This document shows positions 1-12,155 of a stretch of DNA of 64,000 nucleotides, piece by piece. The stretch comes from Penicillus capitatus. Taxonomy: Eukaryota; Plantae; Chlorophyta. The stretch's first letter is position 1. Each line of letters starts with the position of its first letter. The stretch lies in contig OZ287695.1 in assembly GCA_965649825.1 (NCBI GenBank), positions 1,407,081 through 1,471,080 on the forward strand. The letters run 5' to 3'. The notes under the pieces are model-generated. The model saw nothing but the letters and a program-made list of their open reading frames with translations, did not search any database and had not been told where the DNA came from. The translations under genes were made by a program, and so were the position numbers.

Positions 1-2395
1 TAGAGTAGTCGAAGCTCTCTCAGGACATATCTTCTGGGTGCAGCACGCGCATTCTGGTCAACGGCTGGTTGTTCATGTGGACAACCTTCAGCCGTATTAT
101 GGCCAATGATCTTGTTCAGAGCGTTGACACAGGGCCACACTTGAGTCAGGAGAGATTTGGAGGGTATTGATGCCTTCGTTGAGCTCATTCGAATGAAGAG
201 GCTGGAAAACGCGAAGTCCCCTTGCAAAAGTCTTGGTGGTACATCTCCACAGGTCTTCGGAGTCTATTGCGCAGGAAAGCGTGTCATGAATGAGGAATTA
301 GGGGGCGTCAAACCCGAAGCGTCACTTGATGTACTTAACAGTGGTGCCTGTGTCATGTACGTGATTAGTGTGATCTTTTCTGTAACAATTCTGATCGTAA
401 AAGCGACACTGTAGCACGTTGCCACGATTTAACAACTCGTTTTCCTGCCGGTGAGTCCTGCAAACAAACAGGATTGGTTTTCTCTTGCATGAGCTCAGCC
501 TCAGCCTATTTCACACCTGTTTCTCAACCGAAAAGCCGAATGAGACACCTTCATCTGCATGCGTGACCACCGTCACTGTCCGAATCATCCTTGTCCTGTG
601 CCAAGGTTTGCAGCGAATGCATTCGTCTCCCTGACATCCAATTCTGTCCAAAGGATTCCCCCAGTTGGTAAGATCGAATCGGACCGAACACCTCTTCTCC
701 GACACCGGCCGATTCTGTGACATGTACGTTCGACAAGTGTTCAGAAGAGGGTGGACAGACCTGGAATCGATACACTTCTTTATTGCCGTACCCAGCCAGA
801 GGTCTCTTGATCGCTGGAGTAGTTCAAAGCCGAAGACAGAATCTAATCTGTTCTATGTTCCTGTCTCGGTCCACGTAGGTCGGTTGACATCCATTGGCTG
901 CTTCATCATCCAACGACGAGATCATCCAAGAGACAAGGATCCGATCTCGGAATCAACGAAGCTTGGATTGGGCATTGCCTTTCATGAACCGTTTCCTCGT
1001 CCTGCCCATCGAGACATCAACGCGCTCACAGTGCTAAATGGTATCGAATTGAGAACTTACGTCAAGGATGTCCATTGACACCGCAGCCAACACCGTTGAT
1101 GACCTCGTCTTCGCGGAGTGGATGGGACATGATCTTCGACGAAGAATCCTCACTGGAGAAACCTTCCAACTCCGAGAGATAATTCGATGCTTCTTCAGGC
1201 AGATGATCGCTGCTTCTTTGTTCCAAGTTACGTTTCTTCAAAGCAATAAAGATCGACCTTGCCAAAACAGTAGCACTATGCAGCTTACCAGGAAAGTCTA
1301 GACGACGAAGGACTGCACCAGATGTCGGATGCTGAATGATTGATCATGTGTCGTCACTGTTCAAGGCCCCTTCGATCATGAACCTTCGAGTTTCGGGACC
1401 ATCTCCAATGTCAATGTCCGTGTCCAGAGCAGACTTCGCATCTGATTTCCACAGAGGACCAGGAGAACGGATGATGAGACATGCTTGGTCGGGCAGCTTC
1501 CTCTTCACAGGGATGATTTCCCAGTCGACAGTCTTCTCCAAAAACAGCGACTTCCTTCGTCAAATCAGGCTGGAAAGTGTGACTGGGGTACTGAAATCCG
1601 GCACTGGAAGAAACATCAGCGGAGGCGCTTCAGATTGAAGTGCCAACGGATATTGCAGTGCCGTCATGCAGGAAGTGTGTCATACTCCGTTCGACAGTCC
1701 TTTGTGACACTCCTGCCAGCCAACTGCCTCTTGACCAGATTCCACCGGCTGTAAGCGTCATGTTCAGTCTCCTCGGGTACCTTGTACTCTGTCGAACGAT
1801 GTCGATGATTCGCTGATCTCCCTTCTTCTGAAATCGCCTCTCTAAGGCTGATTGACTATCCAGATGTCTTCGTACGATCTGCCATTCAATGTAGATGTTC
1901 AGCTAGCAATGGATAATAGAACTGTACCTTACTGTAATGATTGTTTTTGCTGCCATGCGGATTCCTATCTTATGCATGACTGGTCCTTCTCATGACTGTC
2001 TGTAGCCAGCAGACGTGAACTGTAAAGAGAACGATCTCCGTTGCTCGCAATAAGTCGAAATGTCCATTCAACGCTCACTCCACCTCCTCACAGATCCAGA
2101 TTGCCTCTCATCTAATGCTCCAGAATCCAATCCAACATGTGATCCGCCACAATACAAACATCCAGACATCTCGTTGTCCTCTACTTCAGAGAACCGGTTC
2201 ATCACGACATCCACTTCTTCCAAACGAAACATGCACCTCCGTATCCACTGCCACAAGAAAACCGAACACTGTCGCGATAACTGCATCGTGGGACCCATCC
2301 TCCAAGCAAATCATCCTCCCACTAACGAGCCAGATGCCTCTGCAAATACTGCCGCAGTAAAACCATCTATCACAATCTCCACCCGACACAGACAT
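1..2395 (-). CDS. One or two unassigned multi-exon coding regions; possible start MSVSGGDCDRWFYCG at 2395; may continue off the left edge
   Basis: Successive stop-free minus-strand segments separated by ~50-nt GT..AG gaps (e.g. LNIYIEWQIVRRHLDSQSALERRFQKK; ARSIFIALKKRNLEQ; GINTLQISPDSS). No family recognised and exon structure not resolved. Confidence 0.3.
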
Positions 2396-2463
2396 GGCCG
2401 CTCCACACAAACAAACAAATACGCCAGAGCAAAAAAACAAACAAAACAACCATCATTTCCTCA

Positions 2464-2526
2464 CGGGGGCTGCACGCTATTCGAATCGAAATCCCGGCCA
2501 GAAAAGCCCCCGGTAATGCAGACTAG
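2464..2526 (+). other. GC-rich inverted repeat (cgggggct ... agcccccg) followed 10 nt later by CTAG|T; resembles a Helitron-type 3' end
   Basis: 8-bp perfect stem at 2464-2471/2505-2512, CTAG at 2523-2526 followed by T. The 33-nt loop is larger than typical Helitron hairpins. Confidence 0.3.
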
Positions 2527-2602
2527 TTATGCATGCAGACCATACCGACTAACAAAAACAGCAAGAAAGGATAATTTGAAGAACTCAAAAGCCTCCACCA
2601 AA

Positions 2603-2766
2603 ATGACAGTTGAAAAAGAAAACTCTTTATGATTTTTAAATTTTCATCATCCACTTTTCCAGAAGTGGAGATGCTTATTGTTGCCCCACCCGATGACAGT
2701 TGAAAAAGAAAACTCTTTATGATTTTTAAATTCTCATCATCCACTTTTCCAGAAGTGGAGATGCTT
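2603..2766. repeat. Tandem direct duplication of a 74-bp AT-rich unit, period 90 bp
   Basis: atgacagttgaaaaagaaaactctttatgatttttaaatt(t/c)tcatcatccacttttccagaagtggagatgctt at 2603-2676 and 2693-2766, one mismatch. Confidence 0.95.
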
Positions 2767-2816
2767 TATTTATTTATTTTTTTATTAAAAAAACAGAAGA
2801 AAGATGTCTACCCCAA

Positions 2817-3114
2817 CTAGTAAAATAGGCGGTGGACTGGGGCTCTTATTGGAGGGAGATCCCATCCAACAAACTGCAGAATAAAGTTAGCACAGAAAAA
2901 AATGAAGGAGCTTACGTAGTGTAATGTCTGACAATACATTAGGACATCTGTCCCGTTGGAACCCCATGTACCGTCTTCGGGGGGAGATGGATTGGGAGGG
3001 CATGTCTGTAAAAATAATAAATAAACAATTCTGCAGAGAAACACAGTGCATTATGCTTACCTCTTCTTCAAAGTCCATCCCCTCCTCTTCTTGTCCAAAG
3101 TCCATGTCGGCCAT
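2817..3114 (-). CDS. Three-exon mini-gene, 66 aa (MADMDFGQEEEGMDFEEE-TCPPNPSPPEDGTWGSNGTDVLMYCQTLHY-FVGWDLPPIRAPVHRLFY), inside an AT-rich island; small orphan gene or transposon-gene remnant
   Basis: Exons 3114-3061, 3005-2916, 2873-2817 join in phase 0. Both introns start GTAAGC and end in T-rich YAG; intron 2 has a TGCTAAC branch motif. An upstream acceptor with TTCTAAC lies at ~3125-3150. Confidence 0.6.
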
Positions 3115-3571
3115 CCCAGAGAAGCTACAGAACACAACATTGAGTTAGAAACTGCAGAATGGAGAGTGTGTCGAAAAAACAGCGAAGCGAAGAACAGGCA
3201 ACCAAAAACAGGAAAAATAGCGTCGCGGAAAACAGTAAGGCAGTCGTGTTTTGTCGGCACAACCGTCCGGACTGAAGACTCGGGTTCGCGCAAAACGGTC
3301 CGGACAGAAGGCACTGTGCACACTGCGCGAAGAAGAACGCACAACGAGACGCGCGCGGCGGCGGATGAACTCAAAAGACTTACTCGTTCCATTGGTCGTG
3401 GCATTCGACTGGGCTTCCAAATCCAGACATCGTCCGTGCAGCGTTCGCGGAGAAAAGAAAGAACGAAAATCTCAAAAACGCAAAAGCGGCAGAGAAAATC
3501 GACAGTACGTCAAGAGCACCAATTCGGCGGTTATATGGCTCGACGGCTAGAAGATCGCTGTGATAGATCTC

Positions 3572-5049
3572 TTACCGTTGCACGCTGAATGCTGAAGCAA
3601 ACAACCGTGAGGAATCGAGCGTCAAACCTCCGTGAGCGTCGCAAATCTCTGTCAAGGTGGCGTCAAATTGCGCAAGAACGTCACTAAAACACAGAAAGGC
3701 ACTTTGCAGCCATACAGCAGTATCCTTACAGAAGAGTCTCTGGTCTGAGAGAAGCTTAGAGCTTCGGTTACAGCTGCAGTTTGAAAACAGGACCTTTGAG
3801 CAGCGGTATGAACTCATTCTGCTCAAGTCCGAGAGACATCAAGATCACTTTGGTGCTGCAACGACTCGGGGAGCGAGCGATCTGTACTTTAATTGATGTC
3901 TACATGACATGGCAGGTCAAGCCAGTAAGTATGATCGCAGCAGCAGGGAGAAATGGACGAGTTGCTCTGCATGCAGACATGGATCTGGAGAGATGCATTT
4001 CGGGCACTGATTGGTGTAACCCTACGTGTTGTTTGGAATACACGTCTGTTCACGCAGTCTTTCGATGTTGCTGCCAGTGTCCTCTTCCAGCAGTGGGCTG
4101 AGATCCCCAAAATTCTTTAATAGTTCTCAGCGCTGAGCCCAGGAACGGCTTTACGGTGGCAGTCATGGAGACTGGGCAATATAGAATACGTCATGTGAGT
4201 GCGCTCAGAACATCGTACGGACAAAGATGATGATCATCTGTCTCTCGTAGCGCCGCCTGTAAGAATGACTGCTGTCTCGAAACGGTACTACGATCGATCT
4301 GCTGGATCTCGTCCATCTCTCTGCCAATCCGTTCCTTTGCCGCAGAAATGCAGACATCGGCATGTCCCCCCAGAGGGATCAGACCAATTAAGCTGGCCAC
4401 GATTACATGGACCGATCGCGACTCGTCAGAATTACAATGAAAGTTGCTCGTGGACATACACATTGAAGGTGTTCGCCGGGATGTTGAGTGACAACGCCTG
4501 CTCGAACTGCTTACCTGCCTGTGACACACTCGCCCATTTTATCTCGATGTCACTCCAATACCTCTTTTGGACTTGGTTGACAGATTGCTATTTGCTGACA
4601 GCAGTTTCCACAGATTCAATTAAATGTAATCCCAGCAGACGGCAAGACACTCTTTCTCGAAGACCAAATGCACTTCGAGACAGGTGCTCAAAAACACGGA
4701 TACAGTGCATAACGCGAGTGAAGTCTTTAGTAATTCACAGCGGACAGAACAATCACAGCATGGACGCCTTCATGGTTAGAGGAGTTCTCTCTCACTCGTG
4801 CGTAATCCATTCACTAGTTTGATGAAGGACATTGGCAGGTAAGCGAAAAGTATTGAGGTACTGCTGTTCTCCTAGAACGAACATGGAAGGCAACAAATTT
4901 GCACGGTACAAGTGGCATGGCCATTGGAGAATATAAGAGACGTCTGCGGATCTGTAAGTTGCTTCATGCGTCACATCGTTTGTGGAAAACGGCAAGATCA
5001 GAAGGAGAGTGGACACTGCAGGTTCTCCTCCATTTGTCGTCGGCGACAT
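3572..5049 (-). CDS. Unassigned multi-exon coding region, divergent from Y3IP1
   Basis: Protein-like open segments (MSPTTNGGEPA at 5049; GHADVCISAAKERIGREMDEIQQ; ELLKNFGDLSPLLEEDTGSNIERLREQ; DVLAQFDATLTEICDAHGG). Exon structure not resolved. Confidence 0.25.
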
Positions 5050-5120
5050 CTTCTTAACATCAACGCATTGTTGACGGTGCATTTGTTTTGCACACAGACA
5101 CACTTGTTTATCCAGCCAAA

Positions 5121-6067
5121 ATGCATATTCGATCTGTGCGACTTCAGTCGCACTGTACTTCGCGTGCACGGGCACCAAATTTCCGCAGCAGAAGATCCGC
5201 ACTTCGATCAACCACCAACCGGCCTGCTCATCTGACTGCTAGGAGGTCATTTTGTTAGGTGGCAAGTCTATTCGCTGACAGAGCCGTCACAGAGCATTCG
5301 GGAATGAGACAGAATTCGAAGCTGATGCGGAGGATTTCATGCAGAAACTGACCGATATGGAAAGCGGGGACTCGTCTGTCCCTGCATTAGATAAAGCTGT
5401 GGGCACAGATGCCGTTCCAAATGAGGTCGCCTTTCATTTCTCCAACTTCGTCTGTCCAATTTGTTCCAGTTCAGTTGGCGAAGAAGTACTGCAAAGATAT
5501 CGTCGAGGCCGTAAGAGATCTCGAAAGACTTCGAGACATGACCTTCGGAGAAATAAAACTGACAGTCGCAATCGACCCCCGCAGAGAACAGCAAATCCTT
5601 GGTCCTGAGGTTATCTTCAATACTCCATTACACATTATGATCCAACAGATGCACTGTAAAGAGTGAGGCAGACGTGAATCGCGAAGAAATGGAGAATGCT
5701 TTGGCGGAAGTAATGGATGGCAAGATCCCCAACGATCGGATCGTTCTGAAGGTTCTGTGGGAAGAGGTCGTGAATTGGCCTGCCTTGGATATGGACAGAC
5801 AGAACCAAAAGAATAAGACAAGTCGATTCATTCTGTCTGTAGTAATAAAATCACTTGTTTTCTTGGTTAGAGGTCAAGAAGCAAGCAGGTTGGAGAGAAG
5901 GTCAGGCTCGGCCACCTGTCGGCCGCGATGCATCGGAGACACCTGTTTCCCTCGCAGACACGCTGCCGGAGTGGGTTGGCTATAGCTACCTCTACCTCCT
6001 ATCGGCCGTACCTTTGATCATCGTCATTGTCGTTATTGCGATCTTGTTCGTCAACTCACTGCAATAG
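5121..6067 (+). CDS. Y3IP1: Ycf3-interacting protein 1 (photosystem I assembly factor), plastid-targeted, spliced
   Basis: Arg/Ser-rich transit peptide MHIRSVRLQS...; core RDLERLRDMTFGEIKLTVAIDPR and NREEMENALAEVMDGKIPNDRIVLKVLWEEVVNWPAL; C-terminal TM VGYSYLYLLSAVPLIIVIVVIAILFVNSLQ* matching the family's ..NSLQ end. Confidence 0.85.
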
Positions 6068-6440
6068 ATAGATCTCTTTTGCACATGTCACTCTCTGCCC
6101 GACATTGCAAAGAAGGTGTTCACGCATTTGATATGGACAAGGGCGATGTGATCGCTGTCGAGTTCTCTCTCGTGTGGCATAGAGATCGAAGAAGATTCTC
6201 CCTTTATCTGTTTCGAGAGGCAATCTCATTGCTAATGTAATGATTCGATCAACAATCGAGATGATACGATCGTCTCAGAATGTCATGACAAATTTGCAAA
6301 GATTAAGGCTTCATGTATTCCTAGGAAAATCAATGGTTTTCCACGCCTTTATTCGTCATTCAGAGAAATAACAATCATGTGCTCTGTAAAAGCAAAGAAT
6401 ACATCGATGTGGATATTCCCACCAAAACAGGATGCTACAC

Positions 6441-7253
6441 TCAGTGGTTGTCTTGCCCATCTTCGATGGCAAGCTGGTGATATGTTGATACGCCGCCGGC
6501 CTTCGTTGCTATCTCCCGCTTAGTTGTGTGTTTTGGAAGCCTGTCGAACGGAACGTCTGTCTGAGAGAGAATGGAATTGAGCTCATGCACACGCTCCTTC
6601 TCCCTTTTCATTCTCAGCACAGTAAGATGCCTCACTGCCACTCCACCGATCGCAGCTCCCACAACAAACATAGCTAGACTGATCAGAATCACTGCCACCG
6701 TCGATGTTCCTTTCCCACCAGCAGAGTTCTCAGAGGTCCATGTCTTGGCTGCAATACTGTTTTGCACATAGGATCGTGACTCATGTGCCACAGAGTCTGC
6801 CTTGTCCATGACGTTTTCCTTGGATTGTTCATAGCGCTCTTTGCACATGGGACATTCAAAGCGTGCATGAAATTCGCCCTCCGCTTTGACTTCTGATACG
6901 CCCGTTCTAAAATTCTCCTCACAGAGATTCATTTGTCCATAGTTATCGTCCGAATCAAAAATATCGAATTCCATGAGGGCACACTTAACACACTGTCCTT
7001 CCTTGACGTGGGTGATAGGTATTTGTTCTGGTTTATATTTGTACGCTTTGTTAATCTCAACCACTTGACGTAGCATCAACGGACCGCGGTCATCTTCGCA
7101 GATAAGGTACACTTCTGGAGCATTGGGTAGAAAATTGTTCTCGTGTGAGGTATAGACCTCGAGTTGACGCAAATAGATTTCCATTCCGACGACTCTTGTC
7201 ACAAGACATGTCAACATCAAGTACTTCAATCCAAAGGCCTTCGACAGTTCCAT
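6441..7253 (-). CDS. Intronless type-I membrane protein (270 aa) with a six-Cys extracellular domain; paralog of 12156-13070
   Basis: Signal-like N-terminus; motifs SHE..N.PEVYLIC, CVKCALME, DDNYG, LCE, GEF..FECPMC; TM VAVILISLAMFVVGAAIGGVAV; basic cytosolic tail. Confidence 0.85.
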   Translation of the reverse strand: MELSKAFGLKYLMLTCLVTRVVGMEIYLRQLEVYTSHENNFLPNAPEVYLICEDDRGPLMLRQVVEINKAYKYKPEQIPITHVKEGQCVKCALMEFDIFDSDDNYGQMNLCEENFRTGVSEVKAEGEFHARFECPMCKERYEQSKENVMDKADSVAHESRSYVQNSIAAKTWTSENSAGGKGTSTVAVILISLAMFVVGAAIGGVAVRHLTVLRMKREKERVHELNSILSQTDVPFDRLPKHTTKREIATKAGGVSTYHQLAIEDGQDNH

Positions 7254-7437
7254 GTTCGCAAAAGGCGGTTCGCAAAAGAATCGAAAAACGGATGTGCTTT
7301 CAAATGCTTGGAATCGAGATGCGTGATGTGACGTACGCATGGTATCTGCTGCTGCTGTTCTTTGCGTTCGGCTTGCACGGTGCCGATTAGTGCATGTGTG
7401 AAGTCGTCAGTCACAAACAAAGCGACGCATAAAGTCG

Positions 7438-8684
7438 ATGTCGCTAGCAGTGCAGTCTGTAGAAAGATGGGAGTTTCATGGTCCGGACGGTAAATTGAAA
7501 CACCAAGATGTTTCTCAGCCGTGGAGAACGGACAATGACGAGAAGTGCATGACCGCCGACCCGTTAGATGATTGTCTATGTGCCGTGACTGACCCCTACC
7601 CTCCCACAGAGACCAGTAAGCATGAAGCTGACAAGCAAACAGTCACGGCAACACGTCGCCCTCAGAAAAGCGTAAGAAAGGACAAAATCGCCTTCGTTCT
7701 GGGTGTACTGCATTTCTGGTAAGACTCCAGATATAGAGAAGGCGTCATGATGATGATGGATGACATCATCAGGGTGTGTGTTTATTGGCTCGGATCCTAT
7801 CCCCACACTTTCTACAAACTCTACAGTGTGGAGTCCTTTATCCTGTTTCCCATTCGCTGGAAGTCATTTAAGAAAATGAAGATGCATTACTACATGTTTG
7901 ATTTCTGCTACGTGGCAAACCTGCTGCTTCTCATTTTCCTGTGGGTCTTTCCTCGATCTGCCTTCCTGTCCAAAGTTCGTCTTCATGATGTGACGGATGT
8001 GATGGAAAGATGACGCCTGTAGGTTCTCTTTGCTTACAACTCGGGACCTCTGGCCTGGTCCATTGTCTTGTTCAAAAACTCCATGGTCTATCACAGTCTC
8101 TCAGAAGTCACGTCATTATTTTTGCATTATTATCCAATGTTAGTTTCCTGGACGCTGAGGTGGTATCCCGACTGTCAGTTGCATAATATTTGCGACGCAT
8201 CCACGGAGTATTTACTGCATCATCTATCTGCACGTCACATCAGCGATGTTTGTTTGTGCAGATCCTGGTGGTTTGATTCCAGACTCTCGCATTTCTTGCT
8301 ATGGCCAATGGCTCCATATTTCGCTTGGGCCGTCTTCTACTACCTTAAGCTCTTTGTGGTTTCCTCAAAGAAAATTAGAGACAGAGATTACCAAACCCTC
8401 TACAAGTATATGGTTGAAGGAGAAGCACAGTTTCCCCTTCTTCAACGCATTATATTCAGGTAAGCATTCTCTTTTCATTCTCTGACAGATGCCACTCTAT
8501 CTGTCTTGTTAGATTCTCACCGCCATGGAGGCCACGTATCTACATGTGCATCCATTTGATGCTGGTCTTTCTGAGCCTACTCGGCTGTATTCTTATGTGG
8601 AATTCTTTCTGGATGCACTCCGCATGGCTTGCGATCGCCACATTGTCCTCCGCTTGGAATGGCGCTTCGCATTACTTTTACTGA
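7438..8684 (+). CDS. GPC1: Glycerophosphocholine acyltransferase (GPC1/DUF2838 family), multi-pass membrane protein, spliced
   Basis: KDKIAFVLGV, HYYMFDFCYVAN, GPLAWSIVLFKNSMVYHS, TSLFLHYYP, terminal WNGASHYFY*. Confidence 0.85.
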
Positions 8685-8795
8685 CGTGGATGATTCGTCT
8701 GTTCAAAAGATACACGTTTTGCAAAATCATTTGGTGTATCGCGTGAGGCTGCGTATCCGCATTTCGGCCAGGCGCGTTGAAGTGTTGCGTTCACC

Positions 8796-10828
8796 ATGTC
8801 GACCACGACGTTATCGGAGTCGTTGAGTGTCGCCTCACAGTTTTTCTTCAGCAACTCGTTCTATCGCGACATGTTCGATGTCACCGTTCCTGAAACGATA
8901 TGTCTCACCATTGTCGTCCTTGGAGCGAGTGGCGACCTGGCAAAAAAGAAAACATATCCTGCTCTTTTTCAACTCCATAGCAAAGGGTCTGTCTGTCTCG
9001 ATAAGATTGAGAAATGTGATATAACTATCACACGGATGATTTTAGGTTCTTTCCACCCAATGTTCACATTCTGGGGTATGCTCGGACGGAGATGACGGAC
9101 GACGAGCTGCGCTCACTCGTACGTCCACACCTTAAGGGACCGGAAGATTCGGTGAAGCAGTTCTTGAGAGTCCTGACCTACCAATCTGGCCAAGTACCCC
9201 TGTCGATCATCTCACCCTCGTCAAAGAGATATGAAGACTTCTACAGTATCACACGGCCGAAGGGTTCATTCAGCTTCAGGAGACAATGTATGCACGAGAA
9301 CTTGAGAATCCACGATGTCCTTGTGGACGCCTGTACTATTTGGCACTGCCACCATCTGTCTATCCACAGGTGAAGGCAAAACATCTTCTGCCCCGGTGCA
9401 GTTTCGTGATAGGTGTGCACGCAACTGAAAATCAACTGCGATTCAATGAACGAACGACAACATCCAAAGAGCTTCCTCCGTGTCGTTGTTGAAAAGCCTT
9501 TTGGTCGTGATTTTGATTCTGCTGAAAAGTAATGTCACTCTTTTGATCCATATTGCATGATCGAGTCCTCCACCGACAGGCTCTCACACAAGTTGGGAAG
9601 ACTGTACCAGGAGGATCAGCTGTACAGAATCGATCATTACCTCGGAAAAGAACTCACTCAGGTAAGGACATCGATCCAGCACTGCAGAATCAGAGGCCGT
9701 GTGTTTTCAGAATTTGATGGCGATGCGATTCGAGAACGGCTTTTTCGAGAGTTGGTGGAATCGCCAATACGTTGCCAACGTACAGATCACATTCAAAGAA
9801 GATTTTGGCGTCGAGGGGCGCGCTGGATACTTCGATCAGTATGGCATCATTCGGGACGTTATTCAGAACCATCTCCTGCAAGTAGGACGGAGCATCATAA
9901 AGGGGCATATCTTCATCTGCGTTTTGTGTCTGGCTCAGCTCATGACGCTCATCGCGATGGAAAAACCAGTGAGTAAGCATCCAGATGACATCCGCGACGA
10001 AAAGCTCAAGGTTCTAAGATGCGTCAAGCCGCTGGCGGTAGATGACTGCGTGATCGGTCCGTATTCCTATGTCTGCTGCGCGCGAGATCTCGAAGTAGAT
10101 TTCGTTTGTTTTAGGTCAGTACGCCGGCCGCGGAGAAAAAATGGGATACTTGCAAGACACAAGCATCTCAGCTGAATCGAACACACCAACATTTGCCGTC
10201 TGTGTGCTGCGCGTGCACAACAGTCGTTGGGACGGTGTGCCTTTCATCCTGAAGGCAGGAAAGGCACTTAACGAGCGAAAATCTGAGGTGATACTCTACA
10301 CAAATGTTATCTCACTTTGTCTATTCGAGGCTTCTGCTTTAGATCCGCATTCAGCTGAAGACGCCGCCAGCTCCTCTCTTTCTCAAGGACGACAACAATC
10401 GCAACGAGTTTGTGATGCGTCTCCAGCCAGACGAGGCGATCTACATGAAGATGATTGTGAAGAAACCGGGTCTAGAATCTGACGTTGTCATGAGCGAATT
10501 GGATCTATCTTATGGAGATCGCTACAAGGACATTGTCATTCCGGATGCCTATGAGCGACTGATTCTGGATGTGATCAATGGAGATCAACAGCATTTTGTG
10601 CGCCGCGATGAATTGATGGAAGCATGGAAAGTTTTCACCCCTTTGTTGGAACAAATCGACCAAGGCATCCTGCGTTCCGAATCCTACGTCTATGGTAAGT
10701 AATCTTCACTGAATTGTGAGTGTGTCATAGTAGCGTGCAATACAGGCACACGTGGGCCACGCACGGCAGATGAATTGTCGAAGAAAGTGGGCTATATCCG
10801 ATCTGAAGACTACACTTGGAAGAAGTAG
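8796..10828 (+). CDS. G6PD: Glucose-6-phosphate dehydrogenase, probably cytosolic, spliced
   Basis: [75 protein letters not shown]; ends YTWKK*. Confidence 0.97.
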
Positions 10829-11060
10829 AATAGCCCACTGACGCAACTGCGCTCTATTTTGATGCTAGACACCTCGTTTTCTTTTCTTTGATCGAATGAA
10901 ACGGTATTCGAACAACATGGACGCGTCTATGTTTAAAGCACACCATCACGAACGTTAGGCGAATTTTCTAGCAAGCAGTCTATCGATTCTCGCATATTTA
11001 CACACGCATAAACCCACCCACACCATCGTATGCCATTGCAGAATTGAACGCCTATACAGA

Positions 11061-12055
11061 TCATGATAACTTCAACACACTGTAGCAGTGTTTGAGGTAT
11101 TGTATTTCTTCGTCTTTTGGCATTCCTGAAGCTCTCCACCGAATCCTGTTCTGCATGTCTAGCAGATACACATACCTAAGAGCGAAGACAACGCTTTGCA
11201 TCGAAGCAAAAACGAAGCAGAGGAGAACGCTGTGAGTTTGTTCGTCATCTCCAGTTCTTCACAGAGATTTCGATAATCGCCGAAATGAAAGAGGCACGTG
11301 GACTCCGAGTCCTTTTTGCCAGACGCCAGAATCACATTGCGAAATGGCCAGAGCCACATCAACTACAAATAGAAGACCAAAGTTCCCTCATCTCCTCACT
11401 GCTCCCCATAACCGACCCTGTGTTCAATGACATGGATTTTGAAGCAGTTCTCCAGTGACGAGATTGCCCGAAATGCCTTCACCCATTCAACGACCATATC
11501 CTTCCACACCAAAAGCATCGAGATTTCTACAATCTCTCATCGCTCGGTCTCTTTACCCGTGCACCTTCTCGGAACGAAACACACACAAAGCTGGGCACGG
11601 CAGTGTCTTCTCGTTTTTCTGGAAACTCGACGAAAGAGGAATCGGGCTTAACGAACTGAAAAGACATGATGTTTGATGTGATGTGCAGCAAGGCTATGAC
11701 TTGGGTGGCGGGGAATGCAACGGAGGTCTCGACAGGCATCAGTTCTGTCTTTGCCTCGAAGAGTTTGCCTTTGTGCTCCTTAAATTGGCCAAAGTCATCG
11801 AAATAGCCTTTCTTAAATTCTTCCTGATCCAAGAGGATGCACTTTTCGCTGCGACGTTGCGCGGATCTCCACCTTCCATATCTCGGCGCTTGTCCGTTCG
11901 GACTTGCTGCGTCGTCTCTCACCGCAACACCATTCGACGCCACTCCATTCCTTTCCTAGATTGTGCAAGCCACAAACCCAGCCCCTCCCACTGACGACCA
12001 CTCGTCGCATCACTTTGAACGCTCTGCATGATGCTACGACCCAAAATGCCATCAT
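11061..12055 (-). CDS. ATP10: Mitochondrial ATP synthase assembly factor ATP10, spliced
   Basis: KGYFDDFGQFKEHKGKLFEA, FVCVSFRE, LFHFGDYRNLCEELEMTNKLT, GYVYLLDMQNRIRWRASG. Confidence 0.85.
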
Positions 12056-12155
12056 TTACAGGAGAATGCGAAATAAGCAGAGAGTTAGAACATCTTTTCC
12101 GATTCATTAGGTCGTTAAGTGGATAGAAAGAGACCAGCATCCAGTTACTTGCCTA

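Noticed and set aside
2478-2495. TTCGAATC resembling a tRNA T-loop / B-box
   Set aside because: No cloverleaf or A-box context can be built around it.
2603-2635. ATGA..AA..TGAT SECIS-like pattern in the duplicated unit
   Set aside because: The stem is only ~4 bp and there is no upstream plus-strand selenoprotein ORF.
2341-3320. TGCA direct repeats (2341-2344 and 3317-3320) whose removal joins two minus-strand ORFs in frame, suggesting an insertion with a target-site duplication
   Set aside because: A 4-bp match is expected by chance. The upstream frame overlaps a likely GTAAGT intron, the downstream frame has its own ATG (2395), and there are no terminal inverted repeats.
2471-3586. 8-bp direct repeat tgcacgct bracketing the island (hAT-like TSD)
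   Set aside because: No terminal inverted repeats lie inside it, and with fuzzy boundaries a chance 8-mer match is likely.
4199-4822. 207-codon plus-strand ORF
   Set aside because: No recognisable motif, and splice-like gaps fit the minus strand at least as well; left unassigned.
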